Assembly: GCA_001949185.1 (NCBI GenBank)
Contig: BDGG01000002.1
Coordinates: 3,829,046-3,893,045, forward strand
Source of the DNA: Ramazzottius varieornatus
Taxonomy: Eukaryota; Animalia; Tardigrada
Direction of reading: 5' to 3'
Length of the DNA: 64,000 nucleotides
The translations under genes were made by a program, and so were the position numbers. The notes under the pieces are model-generated. The model made no database searches, was not told the DNA's origin, and worked only from the letters and a program-made list of their open reading frames with translations. Shown here one piece after another: positions 11,352 through 24,269 of the stretch. How positions within the stretch are numbered: the stretch's first letter is position 1; each line of letters starts with the position of its first letter.

Positions 11352-12819
11352 TTACATTGCCTGCTTCTTAGGCGATACATCTAAAAGATATTTGAAAGTT
11401 TCCGCAGAATTTCCCCCTTCGCTAATTGCCGCCATAGCGGCTTGGCCGAGGTTTTGTGCCGTCATAAAGAATGAGTTCTCCATTAGAGGTGTGTTCCACT
11501 GCGCCACTTGATCGATGATGTCCGTCAGTTCTTCGCGACCTACGATTCGTTCGCCCATCATGTTAACCATGGCGAGTTTTTTCCCGCATCCAATAGCAGA
11601 AACCAGCTCGGCGTTTCCGTGTTGATCGCCCAGCATCGGCTGAAATAGAAACAAAATCAGAATTAATTTCATGATCAAAAGCGTTGCTTTGGTCAGTCGG
11701 TATCACCCAAGCGACGATGGGAACTCCACAAGAGATGCCTTCCAGCGTACTATTCCATCCGCAATGGCTAACAAAGACGCGAACGGCTTTGTGCTTTAGG
11801 ACCGCCTTTTGAGGAGCCCACGGTACAATAAGGTACGGCTTGTTAGGGGAGTCAAACTCAGGCTTGCTAGCTTCTTGTACTTCCGCGGGCAGGAACTTTT
11901 GCTGCGCGGGTCTGAGGGACCAGATGAATGGCCGTTTCAACCCGACCAAAGTGTCAGTGATCTCTTTTATTTGCGCAACATTCGCGACAGCCACCGTACC
12001 GAAGGAGAAATACACGACCGAGCGTTCCGGCTGAGCATCCAGCCATTTCAAGATTTGCTTGGTCTCTCTATAATGTTGGTCATCGTAGATACTTCCATTA
12101 GGTAGGATTGGTCCGATGAACCTGATTTTAAGGTCTTTGAAGTCGGGTCGCGTTTGAACTACAGTTTCGCAGAACGTCGGCTCCAGCGCTTCAAAGGAGT
12201 GGATGAGCACCCCGTCCGTTTGCAATAAAACCTTGTTGAATCGAACGAGCCCGTCCTTCCAGGCCGCGGCCACGGCTATCATGTTGGGATCAGCTTCCTT
12301 TATAATATCATAATCTTCGCTCGAAGTCGGAGTATCCTCTTGGACCCTGAACATCTGCGCGGCAATATAACCGGCCACCGGAGAGAATCCAAAACAGGTG
12401 ATTCCGCTTCGTACAGCGGCCTCGAAAGGAACCGCCCCGAAAATAATGTCAGCGAGGATCACATCCACAGGTGGCATTTCGTGGTTGGATCCATCATTTT
12501 TACTTGAAAGAGGAAGGTTAGAAATGAAACCGTCCAAAAACGCGCAGCATCTGTCCGTTACATCGCACATCACATCAGTCGAAAAGTGCTCATCGAAGAC
12601 GTGGCGTATTCCATCATTCAGGCCAACAAAATTGATGAGGGTTTCTTCCTGGGGTGTCATCATCTTCCGGGTCCGCATATCTTTCAGCAGACTTTCCGAT
12701 ACAGCCAGACTTGCTTGGTGGCCTGTCGCGGCGATCTTGCGTGACAGTTCCAGCAAAGGAGTGATATGCCCGAAAGCTGGATAAGGAAGTAGGAGAAAAT
12801 GTTTTTTGGCTCCTCCCAT
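11352..12819 (-). CDS. Soluble plant-type UDP-glycosyltransferase (GT1 family), copy 2
   Basis: Exons are 12819-11707 and 11639-11352. Motifs are YPAFGH, VILAD, VVYFSFGT and the PSPG box WAPQKAVLKHKAVRVFVSHCGWNSTLEGISCGVPIVAW|PMLGDQ. The intron is at the same codon as in copy 1. Confidence 0.95.
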
Positions 12820-14482
12820 ATCTTTAACATCCTAAAATTCACTGTCAGCGTTTAACACTGTATATAGATGCAAAGTTTTTAGGAAGTTCGAAATCCCATC
12901 AACTTAGTTTTCATGTCGTTGATAGCGTTTTGTATTTTCATCGTTAGAATTTATGCGTGGTTAAAATGGTTATCATGGCTATTCATGGTGCCGGTTAGGA
13001 CACGATGATTTTACCTTGGCTACACCGTTCATCTCGAGAAATTTTCCGAATCGAGAAAATCAGGTAATAGTGGAAACGAGGATGAAGTAATCGAGCCGGA
13101 ACAAAGTTTTTACAAGTGGATCAAGCTTAATAATCGCCTTAGATGACAGAACGACAGATCTGTATCGTGTACCGCAATGCATTTCATCGGGACCTCACAT
13201 GGACAGCCGGCCTGTGTTGTACACTCTATGCAGAGTTTCAGTTCGCAAGAGTTTCACGGTAGTTTGATGTCAGCCTACGATAAGATAGCTAGGGTTTTTG
13301 AAGTTTTCAAACTTCAAAGTTTCTCAAAGTTCAAAGTTCAAGATCATGCAGAAACTAGTAACCGTATGACTTTGCAGTTTGCACCGATGCCGACGAACTG
13401 GTTTCTTCACTGCGTGTATGCAATGGCCTGTTTTCGTCTAATTGACAGGGTGAAACAAGTTTGGACGGATACAACATTTCCATCCATGAGTACAACCCCT
13501 CTATAAAAATTCCCAAGCTTTTGATATTGGTCTTAATGTCGCGTGATGTCCGGTGCTGAAGTATGACCTGCAACTTTTCGGGCAATAATTATCAAAATTC
13601 TTCTGTAAATTTGGTCGACGTCTTTTCTCTTCTTCCCTATGCCGTATGTTGTCCACCAACATCCTTTTTTTTCTGCAGCAGTAGTTGGCCCGTACGTTGA
13701 CAACAGGAAGAGAACGTTGAGTTTAAAACCGCAAGAAGATTCTTTCCTGCTTTTCTGATTTTTTCGCCGCTCCGTCAAAGTTATATGGAGCTCATCGATG
13801 GTGCTGAATTACATGCCGAGCGTGATCGTGCATGCATCTCGAGTATCTGCTGGACACGATGCTACCGACGACTTCTGTGGTCGGTGGTGAGTACCGAAAG
13901 CTTCCGCCGTCTGTCTAAACACGAGCACGAAGATCGGTTATTCTGGCGCTGACTATTGTCATCCTTTCGTACGGTTCCTGGGAAGCGTTCGACTCTAGCA
14001 ATTTAGACGCGTAAGACGTGGTCTCAAGCAATGTAGTTTTATCCCGGGCAGAAGGTGACGATATGGATTATGCCCATCGTCTGGCGTATGCTGGGTTCCC
14101 CTATCATAATCCTTATGAAGATTGCCCTGGTGTCTGTGGCTCTACACGAGCAGGCGGTGCTGATAGTTCTACAAGAGGAGACCGTGCTGCTCATAATATA
14201 TCCCCCCGTCTTCAACTTGATTTCCTGATCGAAGTAAGCCGAGAGTCGAGACAAACGACGGAAGGTGGCGAGCAAGTCCCTTATTCCACGACTATATTCT
14301 CTTTCGGGGATTCAGGGCTGGAAAAAACTGTTGGTTTTATTGCGAGCGCTTTCTGTTGGTGTGATCTAAACCATACAATTTGGCATATTATGTTTCAACC
14401 GGAGAGCGAACCAAACAAAATGTATAGTATGCTAGCAGTAGTCGCCACCTGGGCCTGGAAAACTGTTCTTATATTGACCAAC

Positions 14483-16997
14483 TCATCTGGATCGCCGCCC
14501 TTGCCGACTTTCGTTAACCTGGTTCGAAGAGCCGCGCCTCCTTACATCGTACTGATCAGCGACGAAACTGCCATTAACAGTCCCCGTGTCTTCATCCTTT
14601 CGGACCGGACCTCGAAGATTGTTGGCAGGTTTGCTATCTCTCGAAGTCGTGGTCGCTGGTGTTACAGCCATCGTCGGTAGCAGCGATGGTTTGTCCAACA
14701 GGTAGCCACCTGTTGCCATCAACAAGACGCCACCTATCGGCGCGAAAAATAGGATGGCCAGCACGGCACAGTTTAGCGTCTGCAACAGAGTAACTCTGAT
14801 GAGGAATTGAAGATAGCTCCAATCACACCGTAGAAAAATGCCAAGTTAAAGGATCGTCGCCGAATCATATTAATAAAACTAGGTAGCTGATTTCATCCTT
14901 ACATCAGCCCCGAGCTGAATGTATTCATAGCTCATGCGATTTTTTGTTGCAATATCCAATGCAGTGGCTCCAATGGCTGCCTGTATAGTTGCCTTCGGAA
15001 GAAAGCTTATGGCCAGGAACAGGTTTTCTTTCCAGGTAAAACCAAAGCGAAATGTTGCCAGATAGGTGACGAGTAACTGGACTGCGTGCGCAGCGAAAAG
15101 TAATCCTATGAATAGACCTGTGAAAACGAAAACACCGAGCGTCTATACGTACCGACAACAACAAAATGGATCACCGGTAATAGAGAATCGTTTTGCTGTT
15201 GCACGCACCAACTTTGTCTGGTTTCAAGGTTGCGATGTCAACCGCCGCGCCGATCAGTCCGAATAACAGAGGCTGAAGGATGTACCAACAGCTCTTTAAA
15301 GCGGCGGCGATCTTCTGGATACTGTCGCCGTATCCTTTGTGCCTCCATCCACGAGAGGCAACAACAGGTACGATCAGTGCGCCGATAGCTCCGGCACCGG
15401 ACAGGTTCGCGATCTTCGAACCGAAGATACAGAGAGCCCCACTGCATAGTAGCAATACAAAGCGGAATATGGAGGCCGTATCCTGCAAAGTCAAGATGGA
15501 ACTTGGGCATGAGGGTTGTCATTCAGTAAACTTGGATGATTACAACTAAACACATCTTAGTTCGTTACGGTAACTGACATCGTCGCCACTGGGAAAGTAG
15601 ACAAGAATCCAACCAACAAAGATGCCGAACGCGAAACCCACGATGAAGGTCAGGAAGATGGCGGCTATGTTGAATGCCAAACTGCCTGAAAATTATGGAA
15701 AAAGTTATGGTATTATGTTTAGTTGGTTCGTGTTGGTTAAAGTTACCGCACGTACTACCAGTGCAGTGCCTAATTAATAGGCCCTGGCATTATGTACCAT
15801 TGGACAGCGCAACTCCAAGGCAAATACTGTTTCCGCAGATGGCGATGACGTCGCAGATGGTCGCTGCCGCAATAATCAGAGATGGTATACCCTTGCCTTG
15901 ACCAAGCTTTTGCTCTTGGAAAACCAGCATAATGGGAACAATGACCGCTGGCGACACGGCACTGATGAGAAACCTACAAAAGGTCAAGAAGTTCGCGGTC
16001 ATTTCATTATGGGCTACGATGTAGAGCAGGCCGATTGTAGGAACGTGTGCTTCCCTGTTTATATATTAGCGGCAAACGATATGCACAAGCACGTGGGCAG
16101 AGAAAACATCACAACTTAACCCTAATGCCGCGCTGAATAACCATGGGAAGTTGATCATGTAATGAGCTAGAATGGCGATGAAGATGGTAATGCCAAAAGT
16201 AGGCAACAAGGCCAGGCTCATGACGGCTCCCAGTCTTTTCCGGATAGCATCCTGGTCCAGACCGAGGCCTGCTCGCGTCAGTATAACAGTCAAGGCCAGA
16301 TTCCTGTTAAACGCAACGATAAAACTTTTTACTTTTCTTAAGGGCCATTTCATATCCGACGTACCGTAAAACACTGCTCCATTTACTGTCCACGTATCTG
16401 GCAAAATCAATTGGATAAACGTTCCGAAACAGCGCCCCAACAATCAGCATTCCTGCGGCCGAACACATTTTACGTCCCCGATTCGGTAAGTAAAGGTATT
16501 GGATACCGATAACAATTACCAAGTAGTGGTGCCAGACGCATTCGTTCGACGAGCCATCCCGCCGCTAGTCCGACCAGCACGATCATGTATAGTCCCAGCA
16601 CATTTCCATGTAGAAGCATCTGACTACCGAGGACAGACCATAACGCAGCCCATATCATGAATGCCAGGAGGGCCAGAGTTACCAGTCGGGAGACAATGCC
16701 GGTTGGAGGAAGTAAAAGATCATATTTGAGGCGCTGAGCCAGCGGGGCATCTGGCGAAGGTTGCGTATGGGAAGACTTCAAAGCTGGACGAAGCACTTCT
16801 TGTACAGCTTTCTTGACCTTGCCCATGAATCCGACGCCCTCGAAGGTGGAGGTCGTTAATCGTCCCGGCTTCTGGCATTGCTCATTCTTGCAGGTTGGGT
16901 CTGCGCACCGTATACAAAGGTATTTGTTTCCCTCGCTGGCGCGACGCTGATTCATGGTATTGGCATCAATATCGATCTTTGTCGTAAGATCAGTTCC
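14483..16997 (-). CDS. SLC9B/NHA-family (CPA2-like) cation/H+ antiporter with atypical ion-binding residues
   Basis: Seven spliced exons (approx. 16997-16520, 16452-16365, 16303-16121, 15973-15798, 15686-15579, 15482-15208, 15117-14902) plus a last exon 14779-14483. Signatures are APLLGMLIVG, RNLALTVILTRAGLGLD, AVSPAVIVP, KGIPSLIIAAA, QPLLFGLIGA and LPKATIQAAIG. A candidate ATG is at 16955 and an upstream exon is possible. Confidence 0.92.
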
Positions 16998-17024
16998 TGA
17001 AACACACAACATTATTATAGGGTA

Positions 17025-17364
17025 CGAGGTGAACGACATAATTCGGGCATAGTGGTTTTTCACTCGTAATTTGGGCATATCTTTACTCAGCTCCTGCTGC
17101 GCGTAATGAACTGCTTCTTGTTTCCTGAGGTAGACTGCTCCCTTTTCTCGAGGTTTCAATAGGTTTGAGAACAACAAAACGTTGTGGATCACGGGAATTC
17201 GGCGTGGGAGAGACATGGGTCTGTCCAATGTTAAAAAGCCTAATGTTGTATCAACAGGCGTACGATGAGAGATGAATCAAGCGTTGACGATAATGTTCAA
17301 ACTTTTCGCGTTGCCCGAATTATGGTGCGAAAATCGATATGCCCGAATTATGTCGTTTACCTCG
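17025..17364. mobile_element. 340-bp MITE, TA-CGAGG family C, copy 1
   Basis: TIR CGAGGTGAACGACATAATTCGGGCATA / TATGCCCGAATTATGTCGTTTACCTCG, flanked by TA. A similar copy lies at 38614-38943. Confidence 0.92.
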
Positions 17365-18516
17365 TAGGGTAATCTTTTCTATTAAAATTTACAGCGAGGA
17401 AGAGCTCTTGATTTAGTGCAGGGAAGTATCTTCAAATGTCGGGTAGATTAGAATAACGAGCACGGTAATTTCGAGCCCACTTGAACCATGATTGACATGA
17501 AGTACGTAATTTACATCAGTCATTGAATTTCGCAGTTGTAGATCTAGAGTACCGCGTCCCCGCACGAAATTTGTTTGTGTTAATGTATCAAAGGTGAGCT
17601 TGAAGGATAAGCATGACTAAAGAAAGACTGACGTTCCAGTAACGATTGAAAAACTATCGAAACAGTTAACACCTGCCCGGTGGCATCGGAATGCAAGTAT
17701 CTTGGAAGACAACAGTTACTATATTGTTGTCCATCCAGAATCTAAAGTTTCCACTCACCGATAAGTTCTCTCGAAGAGATGGTCGGGTGACGTACTTTGC
17801 GTGGGCAACTCGTCTCAAGTCCGGACCAATGAAAGGATGTCGCGTGTTGCTGCCGGCGTTCTTGTATCTGATTCTTCCTCTAGACCACTTGAAGTGTAGA
17901 CAATAACCGGTGTGTACGAGGATCAGAGTTTGATTGTCAAAAGAAATACTAATCCGATACATTTAAGTGTACTCGGTATTTTTGTAGCAAAAAAGATGCA
18001 TGGCGAATTCCGCATGACAGCTAAAGCGAGCCAAGCGGCAAAAGCTGCGAGCTCGGTCTTGTGAAATGAGTCTCGACGCAACGCGCTGGGTTCCTGCCCG
18101 ACCAGCTTTTCATTGTTGGGCTTCATGATGTTTATATTACTGTTACAGCCCACGAAAACAAATTAAGACAATACTTACCGTTCTTGCAGTGTAAGCAAGT
18201 ATCCTCATGCGAAAGAATGATTTCGATGACTCCATCGAGAGTTCGCTTGCATATCAAGAATCAGCGTTGTGATTCTGGCATGCGCGAGCGCGTCCTGAAC
18301 GTTTGAATTCGGCAAAAGAAAACAGTGGCTCCCCGACGCCGCGCTAACGCAGCACAACATTCTCCTGCTTAGACAGCACATGCAACTAGGTACGCTTTTG
18401 GCTTCAAAGGTACCGGTACAGGGCTTCCGTTTGATGACAGATACTATATTGATTTTGACGGCCACAAAGACACCGAAATCATACTGCTTCATGATCATAG
18501 AATCACAGGTCTCGAC

Positions 18517-19240
18517 TTACTCGCCTATAGTTATCGCGTAGAATTCATCATCCTCGATGTAGAACCTGGTGCATCTCCGATAAGTTTCGCGCTGCCAAAT
18601 ATATATAGATTCTTTCAGAAGTGCCAGTCCCACCTTGTTACCTTTTACCTGACCGTACGTGTCCAGTAACTGGAACCAATGGAAACCCTTCCCTTCCATC
18701 GGTTTTTCATCGCGATTGAAGATATAGCACTCTAGAATATACAGTGGCCCCACCAAAAGGTCACGAGCTCGTTTACAGTGAACTGTAATTCGGATCAGCG
18801 TCAAGGAGGTCCAGTTGTCAAGTCTGTAGGACTTCCTGTCCAGAGTCCTCGCTGACGACGGAATCGACGAAGACCAAACGTTGAGCTTTAGCGAGCGGAA
18901 GGGAGGTCTGCTGTACCAAAGTGCCTTTTATGCTGTTCTCCGTAGTTTGTTAGATCGATCCATCCCGGTGTCGCGCTTGATAACGATGCTGGTAGCTTTG
19001 CTTACTTCATGTCTGGTCAAGAACGTCAGCCCTAACTTCCGAAGCTCTTCCTGGTGGTTTCGATCGTCGAGCAGAAGTCCAGTGAGAAATTTTTCACCTT
19101 TGTTCGCGCGCTGGTCCTCGCCGAGCTCCGTTCGAATGAACTCCCGAACGAATTCTGTGAAGTCGACTAACTCGATGCTCCTGTCGCTTGGCCGGAATTC
19201 GAATTAACGAAACAGCTCACTGCATTCCTTGTTCAGTCTG
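18517..19240 (-). pseudogene. Decayed coding sequence of unknown family
   Basis: One frame of about 240 codons (LNKECSELFR*FEFRPSDRSIELVDF...RRTA*KALW...YAITIGE*) follows a TTCAG acceptor and is interrupted by two TAA stops. Confidence 0.4.
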
Positions 19241-20832
19241 AAGAACACGGTTCAGAATTTTCGGATTATGTGTCAAGAAGTATTTGTAATCTAACTGAGG
19301 CTTTGTTCAATATAGCAACGTTGACCCACCGCTGAGGACGAATCCGGGTGAAGATATTGGGGTAGAAACAGATGTGCCGAAGCGACTACGGGTGACCGTT
19401 CACGCGCGAAGGATCCAGCAGATCTTGATGGTCCATCGTCCACGTTGACCAGTAGCAATCTGTAAAATGAAAGTACCCCGTTCAGCAGTCCGTGAACCAG
19501 TGCCAAAATGGTGGAACCAGTGCCGCTCGTGGTAGCCAGTCTGAAGGCGCAGAGTGGAAACTTTACCAGTTTCATCTTGGCGATGGCGGGGGGAACAGCA
19601 TTGGGTTTTGCCGAAATCAGGGGATAGGACTGGGCGCCACGATCGTTCCAAGCTTTCATTACTCGAGCTGAAGGCCTCATATCCGAGAAGACATTCTAAG
19701 AAGTGCCTGACTCCTGAGGAACTGCTGCAGGACTATGTCGGCGTCGTCAGGCTCAGTTTTCGCGGCAAAGCCCCGTTTGCCTCGTTGCCCTCGCAGAATG
19801 GTCAGGAATCCCAGATTCTCGGAAATTTTTTGAAGGCTGAATGCTTGAGTCAAGCAGCTAGACGCGTTGATTCTGATTCAGTCTGCCGACCAACGGACAA
19901 GGGGGGCGCTATCGCAAGAGGGGATTCGATGGCGAACGGTATTGATCAACTAAGCCCGGTAAATTTTGTCAAATCCTGCTGTGCATCTACCTATCCATAG
20001 TACTCGTACCATATTAATATGACCTCCCATCTTCCTGTCACCGCTCAGTACTTTCACAGTTCAAAGTTGCTTGCAATTTACGAGTAAATTTTTGTTGGGT
20101 CTCACATCCGGTCAGTGAGCGGTCACCAAAAGTTGCAACGGCAAACTTTATTGCGCGGAAACCTGAACCAAAGAAATACAGTACATGATAAATAAATAAA
20201 GAGTACGTACGCTTAGCAATGCGTTTGTTGATATACTGGTGGTAGTCTAGCCAGGAAAAACACAGTCGAAATGGTTGCGCATTTGAATCTATTCCACAAC
20301 AGGTAAAGGGTTGCTCAGGTGCGCTCGGAAAGAGGGTTTCAACAGTATCACGGCAAAAAATCAAATCCGCAACTGTAAGATACACGAAGCTACAGAGCAT
20401 AAATGGAGTGCAAAGACAGCGAGATGGATGAAAAAGCCGAAGGAAGGGACACTATAGACTTTACACAGTACTACATAAAACCAGCGAGGTAGCAAGAAGT
20501 GTGTCTTTTTGCCCTACGAAACAGAGATATGGACTCGCTCACCATGCTAAAAATAAGTTATTCGGTGAAAACCCGAAAGCAAAACACAACAGAAGTGATA
20601 TTTTGTTTATGATCGTTTGTGTTTAGTATTCAGCTGTGTGCACACATTCTGTTGAGCAAATGGCGCCTCATGAGGGAGGAAGTGAATGTCTCTCTCCGTG
20701 AAGAAGCCCTTTTCCTATCCGAGATTCACAGCCAAAAAGAAACACCGCGCTTTCGCATTCTGCATCACTTGCTCTTTTGAGAACTCTTGAAGAATATTCC
20801 AAGCTTCCTTCCATGAGACAAGTTCTTCCCGC

Positions 20833-23800
20833 TCACGTCTTCAGCGTAGCAGCTACAGCCGCTATCAGCGCAGCGCCTTTCCCACTGCCGTCTTCCGACA
20901 ACATCAGCTTGAACTGCAAAAAGAGCGAGAAACATCGATCAAGTAACAACCTTCAATCATGCAGGAAATCTGTCATTTGAAACCATATAATATCATTCAT
21001 GTATAGTGAGAAAGATCCTCCCTCACCTTGCACTTTGGATCGACAAACCGGTTGATTGTCTCCGTCATTAGCTTGTGTACTTTGGGGTGATACTTGTAGA
21101 CGGATCCATCAATGCCCACTGTACACATGGGCCGCTCCATGTGGTTCAAAACAGTGGCGACACCTGAAGAACATTCACCATCAGACGTCCGATATCACAA
21201 AAAAATATCATTAGCAAAAACTAGTTGGAGACACCACTCGAATATCACAGTGAAAACTTTACCTGCACCGGCTAGCGCAGAAGCGCGGGAGGAAACCAAG
21301 GAACAGACATATCTGACGAGTGCTGCATCGTCCCTTGAGGCATTGGTAATGCCCAGTTCATCTTTGAGAATCTTTGCGCCTCGATTGACTTGATCGTCTG
21401 GCTCACTGCGAAGAAAACGCTGTTTATTTTGATTCGCGTCCACAACTTTCTACCATTTCTTCTACCTTTCAATTTCCGAGACATATTTGGTGTAGAAAGA
21501 TTCCTTCTTTTTCAGTACGAGAGGCATCTTTCCTTCGAAAAGCTGGCCTGCTTCGATCAGTTTGAGGAGACACAGGCGGACGATTTCACCGAGGTACATG
21601 CCAGACAGCATCTTCTCATATCTAGACAAGACACCACCAACGTATCAGATGTCCATTTTAGAACCAGTTTCGGCGGCCATAAAAAGAAGCCTAGCTGGCA
21701 CGGCGTACCTCTGGCGTCCTCGGTTTATCGAGTTCTCGTCAAGATGCCGGTCGAAGTCTGTCATGATAAAGTCCAGGGCTCCATCATCACCGAAAGCGCC
21801 CCATTCCATGTTGATGATGACTTCCTTGGGTTCTCCCCTGTCTTCATCCCACAGCTCCACATTTTCCAGCTTCTCCATATAGCAGGCATTGCATCCCGTA
21901 CCTGCGACAAGAAAAACCACACATTTAGATTACCGGCGGCGTCAGACCACATTTGCTCTTCTGAACTCCAACAGTGCACTATAGTTTTTGGCCTACATTA
22001 GTCAGCATTCTGCAACAAGCACGTGAAGCCTTATGGAAAGCACAAAAGACACCATTGCTTTCGGGTACTTAGTCATCAAAAGAAGCGAGGAATAGCAACA
22101 AACTGCCCTCACAGACATTCAGGACGCAATGTGCGGCTGTTGAGCCGAACCACAACTCACCTACAGACAACATCTCTACCACCTGACACGATGACACCTT
22201 ATGTAGGTGCATATCTTCAGTGCAACAAAGCAAACAGCGTGCACCATAGACAAGCACATATGACTGCATTGAGCGAATCCGGCAAGTCGTGAAACGTATG
22301 CATGTGCATGACACACTGGACTACTGCACTGAAGTCCGCGAGCGTTGAGCCCGCTTCCCCAACAGCAGCAGCATAGTTCTTTTATATTGACTGGAGGGTT
22401 CTCGTCTATTCTTCGACCTTCACCGGATTCATCTCCGTCGTTTCCTAAATTCTAACGACATTTCCAAACTTCTTACCGATAATGAGGCCCATATAGCAGG
22501 TGGGTGTCGAGTGTGCGCACGACATTAAGGTGCCAGTCGTGTCGTTTACCACGGCCACAAGATGGACATCAAAGTCCTGTTAAGATAACAAGAATTAGAT
22601 GTGCATCTGCCAAGAAGTGTGACTAACTATCAACCAAGGATATTGATCATTACCCCTCGACGGGTTATGGCTTCTTTCAGCAGGCGAGCAACGTCTTCGC
22701 CTTCGACACCCGACGCACTGAAGCCTTTCGTCCATCTGATTAGCTTGGCCGACGCAAGGCCCATCTGTTTGCAGGGAAATGAAAAGGTAAACCCAAGCGG
22801 AAGTATCTGATCCAGTATTCCTTCAGCCGACATGAAACGGTACATGCAATCCGCGATGTGGTCGAACAACTGCAAAACCAGAATTTCGCCAGGGAACAGC
22901 GAAGAGTTGATTGAGTTACACACTCAGACCCACCAATCAACAACAGGAACATGACGTCATGCTATATCACATTACGTCTAACACAAGCTGTGGATTCAGA
23001 AAAAACAACCTGCTTGTCTTCTTACCCCTGCGCCAGTTCCGGTCATGACTTCCGTCGGAACATTGAAGATCTTGCTGCTCATCTTGACATGTCTGCCTTT
23101 GAGGTCGATGAGGAGGACTCTAAAGTTGGTACCGCCAAGGTCCAGTGCCAAAAACTTGCCCTCCTCTGTGCCTTTCGGAGTGGCGCGCACATAAGTTGGC
23201 AGCATTTTGATCTTGGCAGTCTCATTGGTGTCTTTGCCGAGGCCTTTCTTCATGTTTTCGAGCAATAAGCTCATCACCTTTCGGATCTGATCATCGCTCA
23301 CTCTCAGCGGTTCGGTGATGCTCTGCACCTGAGGCGACCACTGTAAAAAAAACAGACGGAAATCTTTAGCCACAACCCACAGATGGGAAGGTGCAGAAAA
23401 CCAACATTTGGGAGAAATCCCCCAGAAAATGTTTATCCATCACCAGCCTTATTCAGATGGGACATGGGTATAAAGCAACGTGGAACGGCTCGCCCCGATG
23501 GTAGACAGAGCAAGCCGTTGCCTAAAGCATACTGCAACCTACCTGTTCTCAATATGCCTGTCCAGCACGCTTTGACTTTTGACCGCCCCTTGTGGCCACG
23601 TTACTGTAGTGGCGCACACAAGGGGCCAAAATCAATACATCAATCAAGTCAAAACGTGCCAAGTGATTCTCCCGCCACGATGGTTGGCGCTTGTATGATA
23701 TCTTTCGACCAGCACGGTCAGCACCTGATCGTAAGCACTGACCGAGCGACCAGGGGGCCCCCAAGAGAGCTCGGTTGATCACTGGTTACTTTTGCCATCA

Positions 23801-24269
23801 CAATTCTGTACAACATTAACTCGCAGGAGCCTGAAAGTGCCCACCTAAGGGGTGTGACTCCTACTGACAGGTGAGGTGCTGGCTGGTCAAGAGATTCTAC
23901 ACTATTGCCATCCATGCCCGCCGACCCGCCGCTGTACAGACAGAGCTGTCAAGGGGATCATATGTCCAATGATGTCGGCATGGATGTCTCGGGCGGAAAT
24001 ATAGAATTGCCTGTCAAACTGCACCACAGAAGGCAGAATTTGGCAGGCCGATACAGATCATTCTCCCGGTACAGCCATGCCTGCCTGAAGGGGATACGGC
24101 ATTTCAATCAATCGCACGCCGCCGCCGTCCGAGTCACCGTCACGTTGTCATGTCAGCAGACACAGGCTGCCTGACGTCACAACCTGACGGCGATTACAAC
24201 AGGGAATCACAGACCATCTTCCAGATTAGCAAAATAAACAGCCAAACCCACCTTGGAATTCGTCACCAT
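20833..24269 (-). CDS. HK: Hexokinase (single-domain, invertebrate type)
   Basis: About nine exons with motifs [93 protein letters not shown] and [11 protein letters not shown]. The first micro-exon MVTNSK (24269-24252) is tentative. Confidence 0.96.

Noticed and set aside
14018-14680. 220-aa plus-strand ORF
   Set aside because: It partly overlaps the NHA last exon in antisense, has a non-ATG start and shows no domain signal.
16470-17228. 252-aa ORF suggesting a long N-terminal extension of the NHA protein
   Set aside because: Its first ~70 codons are the family C MITE read through into the exon, and a good splice acceptor lies at about 16998.
4630-24269. UGT-UGT-transporter-hexokinase as a glucosylation gene cluster
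   Set aside because: Adjacency only. Hexokinase is housekeeping and the sequence gives no evidence of co-regulation.
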